Below are positions 51,292 through 61,101 of a stretch of 64,000 nt of DNA, piece after piece. The stretch comes from Nitrososphaerales archaeon (lineage in GTDB: Archaea; Thermoproteota; Nitrososphaeria; Nitrososphaerales; UBA213): NCBI GenBank assembly GCA_965197925.1, contig CBDAOC010000020.1, forward strand, positions 672,001 through 736,000, given 5' to 3'. Made by a program: the position numbers and the translations under genes. A model generated the notes under the pieces. That model was given only the letters and a program-made list of their open reading frames with translations. It was not told the DNA's origin and ran no database searches. The stretch's first letter is position 1. Each line of letters starts with the position of its first letter.

Positions 51292-52127
51292 GTTTGTTGT
51301 ATTTCAAGGCTCATATCTATAGCTTTTACAGAATTTGTCAAGCCTCCGATGGATATAATATCTATATCTATGGATGCATAAAGCTTTACGTTCCTATGTG
51401 TTATACCTCCAGACACCTCTATCAAAACATTGTTACGTAATCTATTTTTCTTCAAAGCATTAACAATTGATCTTACCTGCTTTGGGGTAAGGTTATCGAG
51501 CATTATCATGTCAGCCCCTGCCTCTATAGCTTCAACAGCTTCTCCGAGGTTTCTAATTTCAACCTCAATCCTAGTTCGGCCCCGACGAATTTCTCTGGCC
51601 TTTTTAACAGCTGCATGAACAGAATCCATAATTACAAGATGGTTATCCTTTATCAGAATCATTTCGTCAAGTCGTACTCTATGCGTTAACCCTCCTCCAA
51701 TTTTGACCGCTCTTTTATCGAAAATCCTAAACCCGGGTGAGGTCTTTCTAGTACATGCGATCCCTACATTACAATTTATTTTTTTAATTTCATCAATAAA
51801 GCATTTTGTTTCAGTAGCTATTCCGCTCATTCGCATGAGTACATTCAAAGCAGTTCTCTCTGTTGCTAAGATTGCTTTGGCATTTCCTTCTATCGAAACA
51901 ATGGTTGAATTTGGTTTAATAATTGATCCTTCCTTTACTAGGTTCTTTGTTTTACACTCCATCAGTTCAAATAATGTATCAATTTCATTTAGGCCAGCAA
52001 CGATCCCCTTCTGCTTGCAGATTATTTCTCCTTTTGCCTGAACATCGGGTAGTATCATGCTGGTTACATCTCCACAACCAATATCCTCCTTTAGATATTC
52101 CGCAAGTGCCTCCTTTAGCACCAGCAT
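51288..52127 (-). CDS. nadC: Quinolinate phosphoribosyltransferase
   Basis: TRKTSPG, LIKDNH, IMLDN and EVSGGI. Confidence 0.95.
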   Translation of the reverse strand: MLVLKEALAEYLKEDIGCGDVTSMILPDVQAKGEIICKQKGIVAGLNEIDTLFELMECKTKNLVKEGSIIKPNSTIVSIEGNAKAILATERTALNVLMRMSGIATETKCFIDEIKKINCNVGIACTRKTSPGFRIFDKRAVKIGGGLTHRVRLDEMILIKDNHLVIMDSVHAAVKKAREIRRGRTRIEVEIRNLGEAVEAIEAGADMIMLDNLTPKQVRSIVNALKKNRLRNNVLIEVSGGITHRNVKLYASIDIDIISIGGLTNSVKAIDMSLEIQQT

Positions 52128-52128
52128 C

Positions 52129-52317
52129 TCATGTTACCTTTAAAGCATACTTCCCTTTTTTTATTATATTCAGTGCCTTTGCAACCCGTGAATTTTCTGA
52201 ACGAACTATCAGTATTATTCCAGACCAATCTGGTGTCAGGTCCGATGATTTGCATATAGGGCACACCTTCCCCGTTGTAATGGCTCTGCACTTTCTGCAA
52301 GCTAACTCTTTTACCAG
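52129..52317 (-). CDS. spt4: Transcription elongation factor Spt4 / RpoE'' (CTG start; not in the ORF track)
   Basis: Own translation (M)VKELACRKCRAITTGKVCPICKSSDLTPDWSGII...GKYALKVT. Confidence 0.92.
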   Translation of the reverse strand: MVKELACRKCRAITTGKVCPICKSSDLTPDWSGIILIVRSENSRVAKALNIIKKGKYALKVT

Positions 52318-52908
52318 CTAGCTTGCCTCCTGCACTTGTTGTTTCTCCTGTACCCGTCCACTAGCCTTCTTGACCTCTTCTTCTATCCATTCTTCTGCAC
52401 CCAAGAATGGTTGTCTGCATGTAATTCCTATCTTTCCCATTGCAGCCCCTTTGCCCAAACTTACAGCTGTAATCCTTGCCCTTATTTTTGAATTAATCTT
52501 CAAAGTTTTTGCACTCTGCGTAGCGATTATCATTCCCGCCTTGAGATCACTCTTTAAGTAATTATCAAGTATTTGAGATAGATGTAGTAGGGCATCCGTT
52601 GGTCCTATTCTAACAAATGCACCAAATTCCGTGATTTCAACGATTTCACCTTCAACAATTTCCTGCAATATGGGAAAGAATGTCAAGGATCTGAAACTCA
52701 CTCTATGGTAAGTAGCTCCCTCACCAGCAATCAACTTTCCTGTTGAGTTAACATCAGCATTAATTATCATTATGACATATCCTAGCTCTGGGCTGATCAT
52801 ACTTTCATATTTTTCCTTCAAAATGCTTATGGCTGCTTCACTTAATGATGTACCCAGACGATTAGGCGGTATCCTAATTACATCTGACATGTCAACAATA
52901 GTAAACAT
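52318..52908 (-). CDS. rpoE1: RNA polymerase subunit E' (Rpo7)
   Basis: DVIRIPP, EIVEGE..EITEFGAFVRIGP and RQPFLG. Confidence 0.96.
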   Translation of the reverse strand: MFTIVDMSDVIRIPPNRLGTSLSEAAISILKEKYESMISPELGYVIMIINADVNSTGKLIAGEGATYHRVSFRSLTFFPILQEIVEGEIVEITEFGAFVRIGPTDALLHLSQILDNYLKSDLKAGMIIATQSAKTLKINSKIRARITAVSLGKGAAMGKIGITCRQPFLGAEEWIEEEVKKASGRVQEKQQVQEAS

Positions 52909-53241
52909 ATATGAGAGAGAGAAGAAAGTATCAATTTATGAATCTTTTGTTTAGAGTGAGGACAAGAGATCAATTAAGATGTAAGACCTTAATCCTTCCT
53001 GATTAACTACTGTAAATTTAACTCATGAACACAACAATATTGAATTATAGTGACTTTTATATATTATAAAAATTAGTTGTAAAAAGTGTTTTTTCGCTAT
53101 TGTATTCATAGGAGACAAATCAATTCATCGCTATTTCATGCGATTTGTTTAAGAAACAATAAGTCTGATATTGTAATATAATTTTACAATTTGATCAGCA
53201 ATCAAATGAGGTTTATCATTATAGAAATGATTGAACCAGTA

Positions 53242-54201
53242 GGCTCTGCAGAAACCATACCATAAATACAGTCAATCTATGCATGTTGTAGGCTATCACT
53301 CTGAACATCAGTTCCCTATTCTATATCTTCACCAGTCTTGATGTTATATGCTTACCAAACTTCTCTTCATCACTGATAGTATCGCCTCATTCTTGTTTCT
53401 TTGATGGTATAGAGATGTATAGAACCTCCTCTTCATTTGCTTCCTGTACCTTCTATGTGTTCTCTATACTGGAACATCTTCATATCTAGTTGGTATGATA
53501 CTAACAGCATCAAGTTCTTCTCGTACAAATTCATGATTTGCTTCGCTATCATAGCCCTTGTTTGCTACAACGATAGATAATGGCATTATGTTTGATGCTC
53601 TTTCCACAATGGGTTTGAAATCTACAGTATCATGCTTAGGAGCACGCCTGATCTTTAATGAACATGTTATTTGCTCTCTTAATTCAGCACCCATCGATAG
53701 CTTGATGTACTTCTTCCTTATTCGTGCTCTGTCTGTGTAGTATGACGATGCACTGCTCGACCTGAATCCAGACGCATCTATTCCTACCAACAATTTCCTA
53801 ATCTTGGTAAGGAGTATGAATGAAGAAATTATTCTGTATGGTATGCTGTCATCTATCCCTGCAGAAAATTTCTGAAATGTAGTATAATGTGGGCCGATCT
53901 AACTGGATGAACATTCTGAGAAAGTATGTTTCATGCAACAATTCCACAAACCTTCTAAAGCTCTTCCCTTCATACTGCCTAAATGCTAGCAGGATGAAAT
54001 ATTGTCATACCGACTACATATGGTTGCTCTTCCTGTGCATGTAGGAAGGTACTATAGCCCTTATCAAGACACTAAGTATTGTTTTTGCAAGTTTGGCATA
54101 TCACGATTCTTTCATGCATAAGTATGCATGGCATGTAACACATTGGTCTAATGGTTCAATTCGATATTCAATATGCTAAAATCTATGGTTTCTACAAAGC
54201 C
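53242..54201 (-). mobile_element. IS family B copy 2 (degraded)
   Basis: TIRs ggctctgcagaaaccata / tatggtttctacaaagcc; GIDASG and ANKGYDSE fragments. Confidence 0.88.
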
Positions 54202-54254
54202 AAATAGTATGAATATTTAAATAACTTGTTTTGAAGATATTTGTTGAAGACTAG

Positions 54255-55325
54255 ATGGTTAATGTAGATGAGGTTCTAGACGCCTTGAAGACAGTAATAG
54301 ATCCTGAACTTCATAGGGATATAGTATCTATGGGGATGATCAAGGATCTCTGCATTAATGTGGGAGTGGTTAGTTTTAATTTGGAACTTACTACTCCTGC
54401 ATGTCCATACAACAGCGAGATAGAACAAGAGGTTAGGGAAAAGGTAAAAGCAATTAACGGTGTTAAAGATCTTGAATTGAAGGTATCAGCAAGAGTAATG
54501 GAGGGCAGATCGATTGGGGTAGACGAGCTTTTACCCAAGGTGAAGAATGTTATTGCCGTTGCAAGTGGAAAGGGAGGGGTTGGTAAAAGTACAGTCGCAG
54601 TTAACACCGCCTTGGCATTAGCTAGGACTGGTGCGAAGGTTGGGTTGCTTGATGCAGATATTTATGGACCAAGTATACCTTTAATGCTTGGTTTAAAGGC
54701 AGGACTTGATGCTGAGGAGAACAAATTAGTACCACAACAGGCTCACGGCTTGAAGGTAATATCCATGGGTCTTGTTCCACAGCAGGGAGAGCAAAATGTG
54801 GGTATATGGCGAGGACCCATAATATCTGGTATAATCAAACAGTTTCTTACCGATGTCAATTGGGGTGAGCTTGATTATTTGGTGGTAGATTTACCACCTG
54901 GCACTGGTGACGTACCACTAACACTTGCACAAACCATTCCAATAACTGGTGTGGTAGTTGTTAGTACACCTCAGGACGCAGCTATGAATATTGCTTTAAA
55001 GGCCGCACTCATGTTCAAGAAACTTAACATTCCTATAATAGGTGTTGTTGAAAACATGAGTCATTTCGAATGTCCACATTGTAACAAGGAAACACATATT
55101 TTTGGCACGGGTGGAGAGGAGCGAGTAAGAGAAAAATTTGATGTTGCATACCTAGGGCAGATACCGCTACATCCAGAAATAATGGAGGGTAGTGATGCTG
55201 GTAATCCAATTCTTGTCAAAGAACCCGATTCTCCACATGCTAAAGCCTTCAATAATATAGCTATGATTGCAGCGGGAAGGATCAGCGTGATTGCTGCAGA
55301 GATGCAGACCAATGCAGCTCAATAG
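54255..55325 (+). CDS. mrp: Mrp/ApbC/NBP35 Fe-S cluster carrier ATPase
   Basis: N-terminal DUF59 (VIDPEL...TTPACP), SGKGGVGKST, DLPPGTGD and ENMS..CPHC. Confidence 0.95.
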   Translation: MVNVDEVLDALKTVIDPELHRDIVSMGMIKDLCINVGVVSFNLELTTPACPYNSEIEQEVREKVKAINGVKDLELKVSARVMEGRSIGVDELLPKVKNVIAVASGKGGVGKSTVAVNTALALARTGAKVGLLDADIYGPSIPLMLGLKAGLDAEENKLVPQQAHGLKVISMGLVPQQGEQNVGIWRGPIISGIIKQFLTDVNWGELDYLVVDLPPGTGDVPLTLAQTIPITGVVVVSTPQDAAMNIALKAALMFKKLNIPIIGVVENMSHFECPHCNKETHIFGTGGEERVREKFDVAYLGQIPLHPEIMEGSDAGNPILVKEPDSPHAKAFNNIAMIAAGRISVIAAEMQTNAAQ

Positions 55326-55815
55326 GGAAGAACTTCAGCTTCTAAAGAAACCTATGGGCGTCCTCATTGATAATAAACAAGTTAATCTGGACTATTTATC
55401 ACAATATCTTGGGGTTGAGCTGATAATCAGTGTAGGTGATGGCACCACAGATAAACTGTTTGAACTTGGTATAATTCCTGCTATCCAAATAGTGGATGGG
55501 AAGGAAAGAAGAATTGAGAGGAATCTTCCTTTGGAAAATTACATTAAAGTTATACGTTGCAATAACCCAGCAGGCACAATTTCAATTGAAGCAATAAATG
55601 CCTTCAGGAAGGCCCTAGCATCTGAAAAACCTGTAAGAATACTCGTAGATGGAGAGGAGGATCTAACTGGTGTAATTGTTCTTGCACTAGCTCCAGACAA
55701 TTCTATTCTGTTTTATGGACAACCATTGGAAGGACTGGTTATTGTTAGGGTAGATAATCAAGCAAGACGCAAACTAAAAGAAATAATAAATAAGATACGT
55801 TTATCGCTGAACTGA
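55312..55815 (+). CDS. DUF359 GTP-dependent dephospho-CoA kinase
   Basis: SVGD, VDGK.RR, NPAGTI, VDGEEDL and YGQP.EG. Confidence 0.88.
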   Translation: MQLNREELQLLKKPMGVLIDNKQVNLDYLSQYLGVELIISVGDGTTDKLFELGIIPAIQIVDGKERRIERNLPLENYIKVIRCNNPAGTISIEAINAFRKALASEKPVRILVDGEEDLTGVIVLALAPDNSILFYGQPLEGLVIVRVDNQARRKLKEIINKIRLSLN

Positions 55816-55816
55816 A

Positions 55817-55875
55817 GGGGAATGATGATGTGGTGGCTGATTGATCAATGATAGACTAAACTAATGTCTGACCCC
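55817..55875 (+). ncRNA. Candidate C/D-box methylation-guide sRNA
   Basis: gggg...cccc terminal stem; box C ATGATGA 55822-55828; D' TTGA 55841-55844; degenerate C'; box D CTGA 55868-55871; two guides of about 12 nt. Confidence 0.75.
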
Positions 55876-57260
55876 ACAAAAATAAAATGTAAAGGAATGG
55901 TTATTCTATTCTACTTGCAATATATATTATGATTTTGCAGATAGGAGATTTGGTTGCAATTCTTTGTATCAGATCATGTGTGTTTCCATGAACCATTTAC
56001 AAAAGGCTTTGGTTACTTACATCTACAGATATAATGCTAATGTACGCTTACTATGTCTTGTCCTACTTGTATTAAACTGGATAAAGGGAGACAACTGTGC
56101 TTTGTTTCTTGTTATCCAAACATATAGAAAAGTTAATACTAACTTGATACCCCAGTTTGTTGTGGGGTAACATTATGTGTACAAGTCACTCACAATTGAA
56201 TTGTTAGTTGTCTGTTCGTTAAATCGATTTTATTCATAATTTTCTATATTATTCAAATCGATTTTTTTTACACTTATCCGTTATCTCCAATAACTACCGT
56301 GATTCCTGGAGGGTGCTTGCATTTCAACTACTTGCCATAATCACTATCCTACTAACCTTTGATGTACGATTAGTTGTTTTTTTACATATTTGTTTTCCAA
56401 TTCTCATCATATTATTTGGATAAAATCAAGTCCCAACTGATTCATAATTCTTCATTGTTTCTACAAACGCTTTCTCACCTCTGACATACATCTCAGTTTT
56501 GATATGAGCTACCTACACTTTTTTCTTAAATTATAGGACTAAATTTCTGAGGCTCTTAATTTCAACCTGTTGTATGACCCTGTAGCTTCAACTGACACAA
56601 CTTGTCACTCCGTAATACAGCAATTGAATTCGACTGTTTCACTAATAAACGTTGTTCTCCTCTCTATCACTATTTATTATCATTTGTTTTGATGCATACT
56701 ACAAACTCGAATCTCTTTACAGCTGTTTGTACTTTCTAATCAAATCCCTTAGAAATACTACTCTTAATCCAACAAAATTTCATCTTGCTTGACCAAGAAA
56801 AGCTCCTGTTTTCAAATTCCTTTGGATTTCACATATTGCTGACTTGTTCTTCTACTAGTGAGTGATCCCTTTTTTATCTTGAGCAGCTAGCTGGTCGCTT
56901 GTTAACTGCCTAATAATACTGATGTTCTCTCTACGTCCTCCGAAAAACTCAGTATGATTACGACATGAATTGTCTGTGTTACAGCTTTTCACACTGTCAC
57001 TAATCATAAAATTTCCTTCTCAATCCTTGACAATATGATAGTTATTCAGGCGTATCTACAAGAATGTTTTCCGAATATAAGAAAATAGCATCATACAAAC
57101 GTTTCAATCACAAGTTCACGTTGATGGAGTACAAATACATATTTATCGTTCTGATATCAGCAAAGTTGATTTATTGGTCAAGGCAAAAGTTGTCTCTTAT
57201 TCTTACGAACACTTGGTTAAATTGTCTAGTATGCTGTATTCATATTTAAGGTGTTAATTT

Positions 57261-57959
57261 GTGTTAGAGATAAGACTTGTGGCATGTACAGTGATGCTCA
57301 TACTAGCGTCAATACTTGATCTGAAGAATAGGAAGATAAGCGATAAGGTTTGGATAGTCTTTGGAGGACTAGGATTAATTCTTACATCTTTTGAATTTAT
57401 TGTCAATTCATTGAACCTCTTGCAATTTGGTATCGGAATATTGGTAACAACACCAATCGCCTATGGGATTTACAGAGCTGGTTTATTTGGGGGCGCTGAT
57501 GCAAAGGCATTAGTAACAATTGCGATTCTTCTACCATTCTACGATATGCCATACAAGATACATGGGCTTACAGCATTTACTGTACTTACCAATGCCACGA
57601 TCCTAACATTTACACACATCATTCATAATATGATAAGGAATTCTATTGATCTTGGAAGAGGACGAACCATTTTCGAGGGTTTCAAAGAATCAGGTATAAG
57701 AAAGTTGTTAGCCTTTTTGATCGGCTTCAGATCTGATTCACCTAAAGGATATCTTTTCACAATTGAAAACAACGGAGGCAGACGTAGATTTACATTTCAC
57801 CCTGCTGCATATGAGGAATATGTTACTTCTGACACGAAAAACATCTGGGTCACACCAGCTCTTCCATTTATTGTGTATATGGCATTTGGTTTCATACTCA
57901 TGATAATATTTGGAGATCTATTAGCATTGACATTCAGTAATATTCTTAGATTCATCTGA
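57261..57959 (+). CDS. Prepilin/preflagellin peptidase (A24)
   Basis: ASILDLKNRKI, FGGADAKAL and WVTPALPFI; multiple TM segments. Confidence 0.9.
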   Translation: MLEIRLVACTVMLILASILDLKNRKISDKVWIVFGGLGLILTSFEFIVNSLNLLQFGIGILVTTPIAYGIYRAGLFGGADAKALVTIAILLPFYDMPYKIHGLTAFTVLTNATILTFTHIIHNMIRNSIDLGRGRTIFEGFKESGIRKLLAFLIGFRSDSPKGYLFTIENNGGRRRFTFHPAAYEEYVTSDTKNIWVTPALPFIVYMAFGFILMIIFGDLLALTFSNILRFI

Positions 57960-58230
57960 AAAATGAATATATATTTGAGGCTTGGGCATAATTTAGTTCG
58001 AAACGATAAGATCAGGTTCCAGTTCATATTGGTAATGTGTTTAGCTCAGACTCCATACTTCTTCGCATATTATTTTTGATTGACGTGATTCCTTGGTCAA
58101 AACCTAATAGGAAAAGGGGTAAACCCCTACTATTCTCCTACAGTTATGGTAGATGCTTCATCGTTAGAGTATGGGTAAGAATACCAAGCAACAATGTGTT
58201 ACATCAATATTTTTCGATAGACATGCCATA

Positions 58231-58340
58231 CAACAGGAAGGTAATGAAGGCATGTGGTCTTGATAGGATATCAAGTCTACTCATAAGGAGTTGTTTGTCA
58301 TTGCAACAGGAAGGTAATGAAGGCATGTGGTCTTGATAGG
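58231..58340. repeat. Exact 37-bp direct repeat flanking a 36-bp unique insert
   Basis: caacaggaaggtaatgaaggcatgtggtcttgatagg at 58231-58267 and 58304-58340; single copy in sister elements. Confidence 0.95.
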
Positions 58341-59068
58341 TTGCCAGACAGAAGAACATTCGACAGAAGGTCAAGGCCGTATCAATTGACATAAGATCAA
58401 GGATAGGTGCTATGGGTATGCTCTTCATAAAAGATGGGTTGGTAGACCCAGCCATAATATCCGTTGACAGTTCATTGTTGAAAGCAAAGGGACATGTATG
58501 GCATAGATCAAACATGAAGAAGAATGAAGTGCCACGCTCCGGTATAGATACAGATGCTCGATGGGGCTACAGCAGAACCAAGGGATGGATATTCGGATAC
58601 AAGATGCATCTAGCATGTAGCACAGGTTCGTTGATAGTTCCATTATCAGCTGATTTCACAACAGTTAACATTACTGATAACAAGATGTATGAAAGCATAA
58701 CATCTTCATTGCCTACAGGAATGGTAAGGTATGTTGTAGGAGATGAAGGATATGATGATCACAAGTTATGTGATTTCAGCAGGTATAGAGGGTATCCAGT
58801 ATTCCCATTGGAAAGGTACAAGCATACTACAGATAATAATAGACTGGCATTGCTGCAGTTCTATCAATCTGAATTTGGACAGCATGTATATTCTCGGAGG
58901 AGCATAAGTGTTGAACCATTGATAGAGCAGATAAAGGATGTATTTGATATAGACCCATTACCAGTTAGAGGATTTGATAAAGCTACGAGCATCGTTCTGA
59001 TTTCTATATTGCTATACCAGCTGATGGTATACTACAACTTGACAGGAAGACCATTAAGGGCATTGAAG

Positions 59069-59208
59069 TGCCTTGTTGCATAACTATGAAATCCATTACT
59101 GAATAACGAAAATATTCTATAATTGTGGTGAGAATTTCTGAATTGGGTTTTTAATTATTTAATCATAAGACGAAAAATTACAGAATTTTTGAGTTGTGCA
59201 ACAAAGCA
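59069..59208. mobile_element. 140-bp MITE with 17-bp TIRs and an 8-bp TSD
   Basis: tgccttgttgcataact / agttgtgcaacaaagca; cattgaag duplicated at 59061-59068 and 59209-59216. Confidence 0.92.
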
Positions 59209-59443
59209 CATTGAAGCACATGTTGGGAAGTTAATCAATCAGAGGCATCAAGTTATTTTTGTTATATGGAATAATGCCCATGCCTCAGATATATTATAAA
59301 TTATCAAAACTATAGCCCACTAGTTTTCAGTGAGCTAATCAACTTCTAAATCTGATACTTATCATTTTCTTTATTGATGGTTTCACAAATACAAAATTAT
59401 TCCTATGTTGATTTATAAGACCTATCAAAAAATCTCTACTTTG

Positions 59444-60592
59444 ATGCATTATTACGATATAGTTGTAGCTGGTGGGAGTATTTCCGGTCTTCTGGTAGCG
59501 AGAGAAGCATCGGCCAGGGGATTTTCGGTGCTAGTGGTAGAAGAAGATATGGAGGTAGGAACACCGGAACACTGTGGAGGATTAATCAGTATTAATGGTA
59601 TTAGGAATTTAGGAATAATTCCCACAAACCAAGTGTCACATCAAGTAATCAAGAAGGCAGAAATATTCTCCCCATTCGGTTCCAGTTTTTCCTTGAATGC
59701 AGAAAAACAGGGGGTGATAGCTATAGATAGGAGAGCTCTTGACAAACAGGTAGCTCATCAGGCAACTAAATGTGGAACAGATATTTGGATAAAATGTTCA
59801 ATTAAATCATTCAAGGAATATGGTGATCATGTAAACGTGGAAACTACTAATGGAAATATTCAATCCAAGTTAGCTGTAGATGCTAGGGGCTGTGCTTCTA
59901 TAATTGAAAAGAATAGAAACGGTATATTGCTTTCCGCCCAATACGAGGTTTATGCAGACTGGATACACAATACTGTTGAAATTTATTTCGACCAATTGAA
60001 ATATCCTTCGTTCTTTGCATGGGTGATACCTAGTGGTAATAACACAGGAAAGGTGGGTGTTGCTGGCAAAGCTATCAATGCCTCTAAAGTGTTGTATGAA
60101 TTTCTTGAAAGCAAGGGGCATCACGTAGTGATCCGGAAAGTATTTGCACCTATCTGGATTCTAGGTCCCATAAATCATTTTGTATCTGGTCGTATAGTCA
60201 CAGTAGGTGATGCCGCTGGTCAGACAAAACCGACTACTGCAGGTGGCATATATACCTGTGGTATGGCTAGCATACTAGCTGGTCGGGCAATCGCAAATGC
60301 TCTTACAAATAATGATTTGGGATTGTTACACGAATATGAAAAAAACTGGTTTAGAATTTTTAAACAAGAATTTGATAGAATGCTTCTGGTGAGGAAAGTT
60401 TTTGAACATTTAAATAACTCGGCTATAGATGAAATGTTTAGGCTGATAACATCTGAAAGCTTAGAAAATGTCTCGGAGATTGGTGAATTTGATTTTCATT
60501 CTCAGGCTTTATCAAAATTGCTCAGTGTTGAAGGTGCAATAAAGATTGCGAAAGCAATCTTGGGAAATGAGGTTCGTAAGCTCTTTTCATAA
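59444..60592 (+). CDS. Geranylgeranyl-reductase-family FAD oxidoreductase
   Basis: DIVVAGGSISG, HCGGL, FAWVIP and VGDAAGQTKPTTAGGI. Confidence 0.85.
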   Translation: MHYYDIVVAGGSISGLLVAREASARGFSVLVVEEDMEVGTPEHCGGLISINGIRNLGIIPTNQVSHQVIKKAEIFSPFGSSFSLNAEKQGVIAIDRRALDKQVAHQATKCGTDIWIKCSIKSFKEYGDHVNVETTNGNIQSKLAVDARGCASIIEKNRNGILLSAQYEVYADWIHNTVEIYFDQLKYPSFFAWVIPSGNNTGKVGVAGKAINASKVLYEFLESKGHHVVIRKVFAPIWILGPINHFVSGRIVTVGDAAGQTKPTTAGGIYTCGMASILAGRAIANALTNNDLGLLHEYEKNWFRIFKQEFDRMLLVRKVFEHLNNSAIDEMFRLITSESLENVSEIGEFDFHSQALSKLLSVEGAIKIAKAILGNEVRKLFS

Positions 60593-60624
60593 GGTATAAA
60601 TTATATTCATAATCAAATCATTTA

Positions 60625-60807
60625 ATGTCACAGAAACCCTTGCAATTACCTGTTTGTACTTCTTGTAGTAGAACTATAATGCCCAATGATGAATGTGTAA
60701 AATTTAGATGTCCCAATTGTAATGATTTCCTTATATGGCGGTGCGAGAGCTGCAGGGAGTTCGCCAGGATATACAGGTGCTCCAAATGCAAGTTTGAAGG
60801 ACCGTAG
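60625..60807 (+). CDS. Small zinc-finger protein (DUF1610/HVO_2753-like)
   Basis: Four CxxC pairs ending in FEGP; lies upstream of EF-1beta. Confidence 0.9.
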   Translation: MSQKPLQLPVCTSCSRTIMPNDECVKFRCPNCNDFLIWRCESCREFARIYRCSKCKFEGP

Positions 60808-60815
60808 GTGATTAA

Positions 60816-61091
60816 ATGACAAAACTTATTGCAAGAATAAAGATTCTACCTAACGATATAAACATAAATCTGGATAGTATTGTTGAAAAATTAAACTCTA
60901 CGTTACCCAAAGATATGCAGGTTAGGAATTCTACAAAGGAGCCAATTGCATTTGGGTTGAACGCGTTGATCGTAGATTTTTTCTTGGAAGATAAAGAAGG
61001 ACAAATGGATGAACTTGAAGGCACTTTGAAAAATACTGACGGTGTAAGTGAAATTGAGATCATAACTTTAAGCAGACAAGCAGGAGGATAG
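60816..61091 (+). CDS. ef1b: Elongation factor 1-beta
   Basis: KILP and EPIAFGLNAL motifs. Confidence 0.93.
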   Translation: MTKLIARIKILPNDININLDSIVEKLNSTLPKDMQVRNSTKEPIAFGLNALIVDFFLEDKEGQMDELEGTLKNTDGVSEIEIITLSRQAGG

Positions 61092-61101
61092 GAAAGGGAT
61101 T

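Larger units (their letters stand above)
57977..59286 (+). mobile_element. IS family A copy 5 carrying two internal insertions
   Basis: TIRs present; a 73-bp gain at 58268-58340 and a MITE at 59069-59208. Confidence 0.93.

Noticed and set aside
52115..52300. 61-aa ORF-track ORF
   Set aside because: Wrong frame; the real gene is spt4 at 52129-52317
55880..57250. Pilin remnants or another element upstream of the prepilin peptidase
   Set aside because: No class III signal peptide or credible ORF; only a weak 9-bp inverted repeat
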